From Planctomycetota bacterium (GTDB lineage Bacteria > Planctomycetota > B15-G4 > JADJEK01): a stretch of 64,000 nt of DNA. A program made the position numbers and the translations under genes. Shown here one piece after another: positions 45,234-54,429 of the stretch. Each line of letters starts with the position of its first letter. The stretch's first letter is position 1. The stretch is from contig JBGAIQ010000001.1 in the NCBI GenBank assembly GCA_044225365.1, forward strand, positions 320,001-384,000. Direction: 5' to 3'. Below the pieces are notes generated by a model. It saw only the letters and a list, made by a program, of their open reading frames with translations. It ran no database searches and had not been told where the DNA came from.

Positions 45234-46922
45234 ATGTCGAATTCACAAAGAGCTACGGGGAGCGAACGAAGCCTTTCCGGATCCGCGAGCGAGATTCCGA
45301 TCCCGCAAAGCCCAGTGAAGGCCAGCATTCGCGGCCCGCGTTATCTCTCGTTGCGGCCGGAGGAGTGCTCGACGATCGTGGCGAGCGAGGTGGTCGTGAT
45401 CGGTGGGGGCGTCGCCGGATCGTGCGCGGCGCTGGAAGCGGCGAAGCACGGCAGCGTGACGCTGGTGACGAAGAGCTCGCTCGAAGAGTCCAATACGCGT
45501 TACGCACAGGGCGGCGTCGCCGCGGTGCTCGGGCGCGACGATTCGTTCGACGCCCATGTCCGCGATACGCTGGCGGTCGGCGGGGGCCTCTGCCACGAGG
45601 ACGCGGTTCGGGCGATCGTCGAAGAAGGGCCGCGCGCGATCGAGCGCCTCATCGAGATGGGCGGCAACTTCGATCGCGTCGATCAGAAGATCGCACTTTC
45701 GCTCGAAGGCGGTCACAGTCACGGTCGCATCGTGCATGCGCGCGGAGATGCGACAGGACTCGAGATCCAGACGGTGCTCGCGGCGCGCGTGCGAGGCGAG
45801 CCGCGCATTCGGGTCGTCGAGCACTGCTTCGCGATCGACCTCGTGACGATCGAAGGCGCGGTGGCCGGAGTCATCGTCATGGGGGCGGATCGACGCCCCC
45901 AGTTGCTGCGCTGTCGCGCCGTGATCCTCGCCGCTGGCGGCGCGGGTCAGATCTATCGCGAGACGACGAATCCCCCCGTCGCGACGGGCGATGGAGTGGC
46001 TCTCGCGTTTCGAGCCGGCGCGGAGCTACGCGGCCTCGAGTTCTTCCAATTCCATCCCACGACGCTCTACGTCGCGGGCGCACCGCGCGTGCTGATCTCG
46101 GAGACGGTGCGCGGTGAAGGTGGGATCCTGCGCGATCGCGACGGCGTCGCGTTCATGCGCGAGGTCCACCCGCTCGCCGACCTGGCGGGGCGCGACGTGG
46201 TGAGCCGCGAGATCGTGCGCCGCATCATCGAGACGGGGGATTCGTGCGTCTACCTCGATGTGCGACACCTCGGCGAGGCCCATTTCCGGAAACGGTTCCC
46301 CGGCATCGCGCGCGCGCTCGATGCGGCGTTCGTCGATTTCACGAGGGAACCGATTCCGGTCCATCCCGCGGCGCACTACATGGTCGGCGGCGTCGTGGCG
46401 GACGTTCAGGGTCGTACGTCGGTGCCGGGTCTCTTCGCGGTCGGTGAGGTCGCGTCGACGGGCCTGCATGGCGCGAACCGACTCGGCTCCAACTCCCTCC
46501 TCGAAGGACTGGTGAGCGGCGGGCACGCGGGGCGTCTTGCTGCCACCCATCCAGGCCCGGGCGCGGGAGAGTACGACAGTGGCGACGTACCCGGGGAACG
46601 AGCTCCGCACGATCTCGATCGTGTCGACCTGTGGAATTCTCTGCGGGCCGTGATGTGGAAGCGCGTCTCCATCGAACGCGATTCCGGCGGCCTGCGATTC
46701 GCGCGCGAGAATCTCGAGCGCTGGGCGAATCGGTTGTTCCGCATCCGCTTCGACGATGCCGCCGGATTGGAACTCGTCAACGCGCTCACGCTGTCGTGCC
46801 TCGTCGCGAACTTCGCGCTCGCGAGGAACGAGAGCCGCGGCACGCATTTCCGCTCGGATCATCCCGAACGCGACGACGCGGCCTGGCGACTCGATCTGGT
46901 CACTGCACGCGCGCCGGCGTGA
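45234..46922 (+). CDS. nadB: L-aspartate oxidase
   Basis: VIGGGVAG, SNTRYAQGG, EGGHS, QFHPT, LISETVRGEG, AAHYMVGG, GLHGANRLGSNSLLE, ESRGTHFRSD; start uncertain. Confidence 0.95.
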   Translation: MSNSQRATGSERSLSGSASEIPIPQSPVKASIRGPRYLSLRPEECSTIVASEVVVIGGGVAGSCAALEAAKHGSVTLVTKSSLEESNTRYAQGGVAAVLGRDDSFDAHVRDTLAVGGGLCHEDAVRAIVEEGPRAIERLIEMGGNFDRVDQKIALSLEGGHSHGRIVHARGDATGLEIQTVLAARVRGEPRIRVVEHCFAIDLVTIEGAVAGVIVMGADRRPQLLRCRAVILAAGGAGQIYRETTNPPVATGDGVALAFRAGAELRGLEFFQFHPTTLYVAGAPRVLISETVRGEGGILRDRDGVAFMREVHPLADLAGRDVVSREIVRRIIETGDSCVYLDVRHLGEAHFRKRFPGIARALDAAFVDFTREPIPVHPAAHYMVGGVVADVQGRTSVPGLFAVGEVASTGLHGANRLGSNSLLEGLVSGGHAGRLAATHPGPGAGEYDSGDVPGERAPHDLDRVDLWNSLRAVMWKRVSIERDSGGLRFARENLERWANRLFRIRFDDAAGLELVNALTLSCLVANFALARNESRGTHFRSDHPERDDAAWRLDLVTARAPA

Positions 46923-47531
46923 TCAGCGCGGAATGAAGACCGTGAAGCCGACCGGGATCGGGGTGGTCGGGTCCTTCGGCAGGTTCGGATTGGCGTGGCG
47001 CAGCGGCGCGAGGATCGAGTCCGCTTTGTAGTAGCGCTTCGCGACGTCGCGCGAGTTGCGACGACCATCGGCGATGAATCGCTCGAAATGATCGACCGGG
47101 ATCTTGAGTTCGACGCCGATCTTCAGATCCCTCGCGCTCTTCAGGTTGTTCGCCTTCAGGATGCGATCGACGAGTTCGGGAGTGCCCGCGCCGAAGAACT
47201 CGGTGGCGATCTTCATCGGGTTGTCGCCCTTCTCGATCTTGTAGCGCAGGATCGGGTCGGGCGCTTTCCATGGGAGTTTCGGCGCCTTGGACGTCGGGGC
47301 CGAGTTCGAAGCCCGGTCGGTCGGTTTTTTCTCGCGCGCCTCGGCGACCGGATCGCTCTCGGAGTCGCCGCTCTTCGAGCGTGGGTTGTTGCCGCCGATC
47401 ATGAACTTCAGAGTGCGATCGACATCCGGGTCCGCGTTGGGCGCGTCACCGCTACCCGCCGTTTCGACCAGGATGATGCCGCAGACGGCGATCAGGAACA
47501 GGATCAGGATCCCAACGGCGACTCGTTGCAT
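46923..47531 (-). CDS. Membrane-anchored LysM-domain protein (one clear and one degenerate LysM)
   Basis: N-terminal TM; YKIEKGDN..KIA...ILKANNL...LKIGVELKIP. Confidence 0.8.
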   Translation of the reverse strand: MQRVAVGILILFLIAVCGIILVETAGSGDAPNADPDVDRTLKFMIGGNNPRSKSGDSESDPVAEAREKKPTDRASNSAPTSKAPKLPWKAPDPILRYKIEKGDNPMKIATEFFGAGTPELVDRILKANNLKSARDLKIGVELKIPVDHFERFIADGRRNSRDVAKRYYKADSILAPLRHANPNLPKDPTTPIPVGFTVFIPR

Positions 47532-47644
47532 GCGTCCTCATTCCGCGCGACGAACTCACCAGCACGCGCCCATCGACGCGCGCAGTGTGGCGAACCCAGG
47601 GATCGTACTCAAGCGAGAAGTGGAGTCGGCCTCGAGCCGATCCG

Positions 47645-50557
47645 TCAAGCGGCGGGGGCTTGCGCCGGCGGTGCGCCCTTCGTGCCGGAGTTCTTGCTCG
47701 CCTTGGCGCGCGTCTCCAGCCATTCGACGAGCGGACTCGCGATGTAGATACTCGAGTAGGTACCGATGACGACGCCGACGAGCATGATGAAGGCGAAGCC
47801 TTCGAGCACGTTGCGCTGGCCGTAGTTGACGATGAAGAGCACGAGCACCGCGATGAACACCGTCATCGAGGTCATGATCGTGCGCGACAGCGTCTGATTG
47901 ATCGAGATGTCGATGATCTCCTTGAACGGCTTCTCCGGCGACCGCTGCAGGTTCTCGCGGAGTCGGTCGTAGACGACGATCGTGTCGTTCAACGAGTAGC
48001 CGATGAGAGTCATCAACGAACCGATCGCGACGAGGTCGAACTCGCAGTCGACGATCCCGAGATGGTGGACGACCGACATCGCCGCGAGGCAGATCGCGAG
48101 GTCGTGGATACAAGCGACGATCGCGGCGAAGCCCCAGATGAAGTCGTTGAACCGCACGCGGAGGTAGATGAGGATTCCGATCATCGCCCAGAAGACGGCG
48201 AGGATCGCGCTGTCGCGCAGCTCCTGGCCGACCTTGCCGGTGATGTACGAGCTTTCGGGCGTCGGGTCGGAGAGCTTCGCGCCGGCGGCGAGTTCGGTGA
48301 GGCCGCCCGCGACGATCGCGCGGAGCTTGTCCTCGGGGAGCACGTCGGCGACGGAGACGTCGACCTTGTACTGGCTCGCCGCCGCCTCGCCCTGCGGCTC
48401 GATCGACTGGACGGTCAGCACCGAGCGCAGGCGCTGCTCGACAATCTTCGCCGCGACCGGGCGGTCGAGGTTGAGCGTGAACTTCGCGTTCGTCTTCTTC
48501 GCCGCGTCATCGACCTTGAGATCGAGATCGACGATGCCCTGCGGCACGAGTTTGCCGGCGAAGGCCCCGGTGATCTTCGGCAGATACACCTTGCTCATGT
48601 CGCCCTTCGAGTCGGCGCCTTCAAGCGTGCGATCCGCGCGGATCTTGATGAGGAAGTCGCGGCCCGAGCCGCCGACGGCATTCGTGGCGCCGCCGACGCC
48701 CGCCATCGAGACGACCTGCGCGCCTTCGAAGACCGCGCCGATCTTCGATTCGACGTCGCCCTGCGTCATCGGCTCGGTGAGCTGGATGCGCGTCTGGAAA
48801 CCGCCGACGAAGTCGAGGCCGCGCAGCGAGTCGTAGTCCGCGAGGAAGAGCGCGAGACCGCCGACGATGCCGACGACCGACGCCGTACCGCACACCTTGA
48901 AGTACTTGGTGAACGGCACGTTCGCGTTGGCGAACGTGTGGCGCAGGTTCATGTGCTTGAACCAGTCGTACTGGATGCCGAGCGCGAAGAGGATCTTCTG
49001 GCCGACGATCGCCGCGTACATCGTGACGACGATGCCGAGCATCAGCGTGACCGCGAATCCCTTGATGGGACCGGTGCCGTAGAAGTAGAGGATCGCGCCG
49101 GTGAGGAACGTGGTGGCCTGGGCGTCGAAGATCGTGACGAACGCGCGGTCGAAACCGTTCTTGATCGACTGCGGGATCGTCTTGCCCTTCTGGCGCTCCT
49201 CGCGAATACGCTCGTTGATGAGGATGTTCTGGTCGATCGCCATGCCGACCGTGAGCACGATGCCGGCGATGCCGGGCATCGTCAATGTCGCTTCGAGGAA
49301 GCCGAGCCCGCCGAGCAGGTAGTAGATGCCGAGCACGAGCGTGAGCGCGGACAGGATCCCGACGAATCCGTAGTACCAGACGATGAAGCCGATGACGAGC
49401 ACGCTCGCGATCACGCCGGCGATGATGCCGCGGTGGATCGAGGCCTCACCGAGCGACGGACCGATCGTGGCCTTCGAGAGCAATGATGGCGTCACCTTCA
49501 GCGAGCCGGACTGGAACACCGAGATGAGGCCCTTCAGTTCCTCGGTCGTGAAGCCGCGCGCGCCACCTTCGATGATGCCCTGGGTCTCGATCGGGCTGTT
49601 CAGATTGGGCGCGGAGTGCACTTCGCCATCGAGGACGATCGCCATCTGACGCTGGTGGTACTTGGTGGTGAACTCCTTGAAGTCGCTACCACGCGTATCG
49701 ATGATGTGGAAGCCGAGCGCGGGACGTCCGCCCTGATCCGTCGTCTGGAAGACGCGCTCGATCGAGTCGCCCGCGAACTGTTCCTTCGGATTGTTGTCGA
49801 GCTCGAGCATCTCGAACGGGAAGGTGCGGCCGTAGCCGTTCTCGATCGCGCGCGCCGAGTACGGGTACCAGCGATAGGTCTTGCCGCTCACGCCCTTGAG
49901 GTCGAACTTCGTGAGTTCGAAGCTCTTCGGCGTCGCATTCGGATTCGTCTTCTTCCAGTCGTTCCACGCGGTCTCGACCTTGGTTTTTTCCTTCGTGAGG
50001 TCGAGGTTGTCCGCAAGCGCGTCCTTCGCGACGATGAGGAATTGCAAGGTGCCGAGGCGCTGGATCACCTGCTCGTACGCGATCGATTCTTCCATCGTCA
50101 CGGACGGGAGTTCGATCAGGATCTGATCGGGCGGCGCGGCGACGACCGAGAGTTCCTTCACGCCGATCGAGTCGAGACGCTTGCGGAAGGTGGCGACCGT
50201 CTGTTCGAGCGTCTCCTTGATCTTCGCCGGATCCGTCTCGGGGATGTCGAGCTTGTAGCGCAGCGAAGTGCCGCCACGCAGGTCGAGACCGAGGTTGAGG
50301 TCGACCTCGATGTTGAACCAGTTGCGCTCCTTGATGCGCGCCTTCTCGAGCTTCTGCACGTAGCCGGACGCGCGCTCGACCTCGACCGTGGTGTCGTCCT
50401 CGGCCTTGGCGTGGCCCATGATCACGGTGCCGTCGTCGAGGACGAATTTCGTTCGCTGCTCGAAGAGCCCGATCGTGAACAGCACGAACAGCCCGATCGT
50501 GGCATAGATCCACTTCGGAAGAGCGGGCATCAAGTTCTGCTTCTGCTTCATCGCCAT
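47645..50557 (-). CDS. secDF: Fused protein translocase subunit SecDF
   Basis: LGLDLRGG, IGPSLG, GMAIDQNILINERIREE, GLDFVGG, IGYSLNDTIVVYDRLREN. Confidence 0.96.
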   Translation of the reverse strand: MAMKQKQNLMPALPKWIYATIGLFVLFTIGLFEQRTKFVLDDGTVIMGHAKAEDDTTVEVERASGYVQKLEKARIKERNWFNIEVDLNLGLDLRGGTSLRYKLDIPETDPAKIKETLEQTVATFRKRLDSIGVKELSVVAAPPDQILIELPSVTMEESIAYEQVIQRLGTLQFLIVAKDALADNLDLTKEKTKVETAWNDWKKTNPNATPKSFELTKFDLKGVSGKTYRWYPYSARAIENGYGRTFPFEMLELDNNPKEQFAGDSIERVFQTTDQGGRPALGFHIIDTRGSDFKEFTTKYHQRQMAIVLDGEVHSAPNLNSPIETQGIIEGGARGFTTEELKGLISVFQSGSLKVTPSLLSKATIGPSLGEASIHRGIIAGVIASVLVIGFIVWYYGFVGILSALTLVLGIYYLLGGLGFLEATLTMPGIAGIVLTVGMAIDQNILINERIREERQKGKTIPQSIKNGFDRAFVTIFDAQATTFLTGAILYFYGTGPIKGFAVTLMLGIVVTMYAAIVGQKILFALGIQYDWFKHMNLRHTFANANVPFTKYFKVCGTASVVGIVGGLALFLADYDSLRGLDFVGGFQTRIQLTEPMTQGDVESKIGAVFEGAQVVSMAGVGGATNAVGGSGRDFLIKIRADRTLEGADSKGDMSKVYLPKITGAFAGKLVPQGIVDLDLKVDDAAKKTNAKFTLNLDRPVAAKIVEQRLRSVLTVQSIEPQGEAAASQYKVDVSVADVLPEDKLRAIVAGGLTELAAGAKLSDPTPESSYITGKVGQELRDSAILAVFWAMIGILIYLRVRFNDFIWGFAAIVACIHDLAICLAAMSVVHHLGIVDCEFDLVAIGSLMTLIGYSLNDTIVVYDRLRENLQRSPEKPFKEIIDISINQTLSRTIMTSMTVFIAVLVLFIVNYGQRNVLEGFAFIMLVGVVIGTYSSIYIASPLVEWLETRAKASKNSGTKGAPPAQAPAA

Positions 50558-50673
50558 GGCGCGTTGCGCTCCGTCACTCTCGGCTCAATTCGGACTTGGC
50601 AGCTTCGGCGTACTGCGCCTTCCTTCACGCACAGTACGCCGCGCTCGGCTCAGGATCGTCGGGGCAGATCGGG

Positions 50674-51045
50674 TCAGGGAGTCTCGCCTTCGCCCTCGAT
50701 CAGCTGGCGCTTCTCGGTGATGCGCGCGGCCTTGCCGGTGCGACCACGGAGATAGAACAGCTTCGAGCGGCGGACGCGGCCCTTGCGCTTGACATGGATG
50801 CCCGCAATCTTCGGCGAATGCGCCGGGAAGATGCGTTCGACACCCTCGCTCTGCACGATGCGACGCACCGTGAACATCTTGCGGATTCCCGAACCGCGCA
50901 TCGAGACGACGACGCCCGAGAAGATCTGGATGCGTTCCTTCTCGCCTTCCTGGATCTTCAGCTCGACGTCGACCGAGTCGCCGACCGAGAAGTCCGGGAC
51001 CGAGGGCTTCATGTGTTTCGTTTCGTACTTGCGAATCCGTTCCAT
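50674..51045 (-). CDS. rplS: 50S ribosomal protein L19
   Basis: EGEKERIQIFSG, GVERIFP, GRVRRSKLFYLR. Confidence 0.98.
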   Translation of the reverse strand: MERIRKYETKHMKPSVPDFSVGDSVDVELKIQEGEKERIQIFSGVVVSMRGSGIRKMFTVRRIVQSEGVERIFPAHSPKIAGIHVKRKGRVRRSKLFYLRGRTGKAARITEKRQLIEGEGETP

Positions 51046-51128
51046 CGTCGTGTCTCCAGCTCGATGCTCTGCTCGCGTTCATTGGCCGCGCGAGCGTGGC
51101 GTGTTCCTGTCGTTCGTTCGAAATACGG

Positions 51129-51920
51129 CTAGTGCGAATCGCTTCGCGCGGAAGGTCCGGTTCCGCCGGTCGCATCGCGAGGATCCGGGCCCTTGCCCGA
51201 ATCCGCCGCGAGCCGGCGCAGCCGTTCCTGCGTGCGCTCGATCGCTCGTGCTTTGCGCCACGCTTCGATCGCAGCGTGATCACCCGAGAGCAAGACTTCC
51301 GGCACTTCGAGATCCCGAATCACGCGCGGCCGCGTGTACTGCGGGAAGTCGAGGATTTCGCTGCCGCCGTGAAACGATTCGAGAGCGATGGACTCGGGCT
51401 CACCGAGTACACCGGGCAGAAGGCGAGCGATGGCGTCGATCACGACCATCGCGGGCACCTCGCCGCCCGACAGTACGAAGTCCCCGATGGAGATTTCCTC
51501 CCAGTCGAGGAGCTGTCGTACGCGTTCGTCGAATCCTTCGTAGCGGCCGCACAGAAGCACGAGCTCAGGCAGCTTCGCCAGTCGTTCCACGTCCGCTTGG
51601 CGCAGTGGAGCGCCGGAGGGCGTGAGCATGATTCGATGGATCCTGCGTTTGCTGGGATCCGTCGTGCTCGCGTCCGCCCCTGCGCTGGCTGCGTTCTCGA
51701 TCGACTCGACCGCGCGTAGGATGGGGTCCGCCATGAGCAACATGCCGGGCCCTCCTCCGAACGGGCGGTCGTCGACTTTTCGATGCCGATCCGTCGCGAA
51801 CTTCCGGAAGTCGACGAGGTCGATCTCCATTGCGCCCTTCTCCTGCGCGATCCGAACGATGGTCTCGTCGAGGAAACCGTCGAACAGTTGCGGGAAGAGA
51901 GTGAGCACATGTATTCGCAT
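51129..51920 (-). CDS. trmD: tRNA (guanine-N1)-methyltransferase
   Basis: VLTLFP, VDDRPFGGGPGM, CGRYEGFDER, SIGDFVLSGGE, PQYTRP. Confidence 0.98.
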   Translation of the reverse strand: MRIHVLTLFPQLFDGFLDETIVRIAQEKGAMEIDLVDFRKFATDRHRKVDDRPFGGGPGMLLMADPILRAVESIENAASAGADASTTDPSKRRIHRIMLTPSGAPLRQADVERLAKLPELVLLCGRYEGFDERVRQLLDWEEISIGDFVLSGGEVPAMVVIDAIARLLPGVLGEPESIALESFHGGSEILDFPQYTRPRVIRDLEVPEVLLSGDHAAIEAWRKARAIERTQERLRRLAADSGKGPDPRDATGGTGPSARSDSH

Positions 51921-52109
51921 CGGTCGGCGCCTTCACGCACCACCGTCGCCCAGCAACCGTGATTCATCCGGTCTGGCGAAAGGGGGTTATGCTACCACGG
52001 CGACCGCCCCTTGCAAGCGATGCGGGGACTCCCGAATCGAGATCGGGAATCTTCTGTTTCCGTCGGGGTTCACGGCCGGGCTCCCGGGCTCGAGGAGAGG
52101 TACTGAAAG

Positions 52110-52724
52110 ATGTTCACTGGAATCGTCGAGAGAACCGTTCCGGTCCGCAGTTGCGACGTATCGGAGGCTGGCGCACGCCTGGTGCTCGCGTTCGGCGGGA
52201 TCCCAACGAGTGAACCCAGGATCCGCCTCGGCGACTCGATCGCGGTCGACGGCTGCTGCCTCACGGTCGTCGCTCACGACGCCGGCGGCGCCGGGGACCT
52301 CTCGTTCGATGTCGCTCCGGAGTCGTTGTCGCGCACCACCCTCGGCGGGCTCCGCTCGGGACAGTGGGTGAACGTCGAGCGTTCGCTGCGGCTCGGGGAT
52401 CGGCTCGACGGTCACCTGGTCAGTGGCCACGTGGATGGGGTCGCCGTCGTCCGAACGGTGACCCGGCGCGGGATCGAGCTCGACCTCGACGTCGAGTTGC
52501 CTCCGGCTTTTCGGCGGCACGTGATCGAGAAAGGCTCCATCGCGCTCGCGGGCGTGAGCCTCACGGTCGCCGCGGTCCTGGAGTTCGGTTTTCGGGTGAT
52601 GTTGATCCCGCATACCGCGAGCGTCACCACGCTCGGCGAGGGCGTCGCGGGTACCCGACTCAACTTCGAAGTGGATCCAATCGGCAAGTGGGTCGCGCGT
52701 TGGATGGAACCGTACGCGCGGTGA
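52110..52724 (+). CDS. ribE: Riboflavin synthase
   Basis: MFTGIVE, GDSIAVDGCCLT, GHLVSGHVD, KGSIALAGVSLT, LIPHT. Confidence 0.96.
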   Translation: MFTGIVERTVPVRSCDVSEAGARLVLAFGGIPTSEPRIRLGDSIAVDGCCLTVVAHDAGGAGDLSFDVAPESLSRTTLGGLRSGQWVNVERSLRLGDRLDGHLVSGHVDGVAVVRTVTRRGIELDLDVELPPAFRRHVIEKGSIALAGVSLTVAAVLEFGFRVMLIPHTASVTTLGEGVAGTRLNFEVDPIGKWVARWMEPYAR

Positions 52725-52745
52725 GCGGTCGGTGCGGCATTGTGC

Positions 52746-53342
52746 TCAGTGCGAGAGCGTCGGTGAGTGAACCTTGCGAGCGAGCGTCAGGAACTCTTCG
52801 AGGTCGAAGTCGCCGGTCCGCGCACCCCCCGAGAGCAGGAGGGTCGCGTTCTCGTCCTCGCGCGTCGCGACGAAGAACGTGATCTCGGTCTGGCCGCCGA
52901 GCTTCACGCGAGTCACGGTGTACTTCGCGTCGGTTCCGTCGAACAGGTGGATCGATCCGGTCTCCCGCCCGCGCTGCGAGGCGCAGGATTCGATCGTCTG
53001 TCGCGTGGTCGAGAGCAGCGCCTCCATCTCGGAGTTCGTGCCGTAGATCGCGAAGAACTCGCCGTTTCCGGAGTCGCGTCGGAAATACGCGACGTGCGTC
53101 GTCAACGGGCAGATCGGTTCCGAGCAGGTGAGCGCGCCATGCGGCGTGGAGGTCGAGAAGGAGTCGTACACGCTCCAGCCGGGCGGCGCCTTGTAGCTCC
53201 CGCCGTTCGTCGCGAACGGTCGCCACGCCCAATTCGCCGCGGGACTCTCGCGCTCGGTCGATCGCGCGACGCCGATCACCGCGGCCATTCCGAGGACGAG
53301 GATCGTCGCGAGCAGGATCGTGACTCGTATGAGGCCGAGCAT
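52746..53342 (-). CDS. Hypothetical exported or membrane-anchored protein
   Basis: 198-aa ORF with N-terminal hydrophobic helix; fills the gap downstream of the SDR gene. Confidence 0.55.
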   Translation of the reverse strand: MLGLIRVTILLATILVLGMAAVIGVARSTERESPAANWAWRPFATNGGSYKAPPGWSVYDSFSTSTPHGALTCSEPICPLTTHVAYFRRDSGNGEFFAIYGTNSEMEALLSTTRQTIESCASQRGRETGSIHLFDGTDAKYTVTRVKLGGQTEITFFVATREDENATLLLSGGARTGDFDLEEFLTLARKVHSPTLSH

Positions 53343-53416
53343 GGCGTTCTCCGGTTCCCTCCATCGGAAGAACCGGGCGCGGATCTTTTGGGGGCAATTT
53401 CCGAGGTGAGCGACGC

Positions 53417-54325
53417 TCAGGCCGGCGCGCCGAACGCGCGATCGAGCATCTCGGAATAGCTGCGCGGAGCGAATCCGAGCAGAGCGCGGGGTTCGGCGAG
53501 CGAGTAGAGGTGGTCCTCACCGTAGTACGCCAGCGCGGCGCGCATCCCCTGGCCCTTGCCCGCGAGGGCGGCGAAGATCGAAGCGACGACGAGCGGGAAC
53601 CGCGGGATCGAGCGCAGCGGCGCGACGCCCTTCACCCGGCGTCGGACTTCCGTCACGAACTCGCGCCACTCGAGCCCGCCTTCGGGGCCGGCGAGCGGAA
53701 GGATCTTTCCGATCGTGTCCTTGCTCTCCACTGCGGCCACGGCCGCTGCGGCGACGTCGTCGACGTCGACCGGCTGGATCTTCGTTCGGCCGCCGCCGAC
53801 GAGCGGAAACGCCTTGGTTCCCCGCAGGCGTTCGACGAGGTGCTTCAGGTCGTTGCTCTCGCCGTACGGACCGACGACGAGCGTCGGACGCAGCAGGGTG
53901 AGATCGATCCCGTAGCTGCGCAGCGCGGCTTCCTGTCCGATCTTTGCCCGGCGATACGGCGTATCGCCGGCTTCGTCGACCGCCGCCGAGGTGAGCGCCA
54001 CGAGGCGGAACAGCTTCTGCTGCCGGCGCGCCGAGCCGGCGAGATGGCGCGAGGCCTGCACGTTGAGTTCGTGCATCTCCTTCTCGCTCGCCCACGGCCC
54101 GATGCCCGCAGCATGGATCCCCGCATCGCAATCCTGGATCGCCGGAAGGATCGCGTCGAGCACCATGAGATCGAGCTGTCGGACCTCGACGCCGGGAGCG
54201 GGACCCTTCGTGCCGAACTTCGCGGGATCGCGCGTCAGCGCGACGGCGGAGTGTCCCTTCCGGACGAGATGATCGACGATGCGGCGTCCGATGAAACCGC
54301 TGGCGCCCGTGACATAGACCTTCAT
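53417..54325 (-). CDS. NAD-dependent epimerase/dehydratase (atypical SDR, NDUFA9-like)
   Basis: VTGASGFIG, YRRAK, LRPTLVVG, QPVDVDDVA. Confidence 0.9.
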   Translation of the reverse strand: MKVYVTGASGFIGRRIVDHLVRKGHSAVALTRDPAKFGTKGPAPGVEVRQLDLMVLDAILPAIQDCDAGIHAAGIGPWASEKEMHELNVQASRHLAGSARRQQKLFRLVALTSAAVDEAGDTPYRRAKIGQEAALRSYGIDLTLLRPTLVVGPYGESNDLKHLVERLRGTKAFPLVGGGRTKIQPVDVDDVAAAAVAAVESKDTIGKILPLAGPEGGLEWREFVTEVRRRVKGVAPLRSIPRFPLVVASIFAALAGKGQGMRAALAYYGEDHLYSLAEPRALLGFAPRSYSEMLDRAFGAPA

Positions 54326-54429
54326 CGTGGAGGACCTTCTCGCGCCGCGCCCTTGGGACCGCCCGGTACAGCCGGTTCGGCGCAGCGCCGCGTGTGGATT
54401 CTGCGATCTCTACGTTGACGCGAAGCCCA

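Noticed and set aside
51921-52109. FMN riboswitch upstream of ribE
   Set aside because: No recognisable RFN conserved segments.
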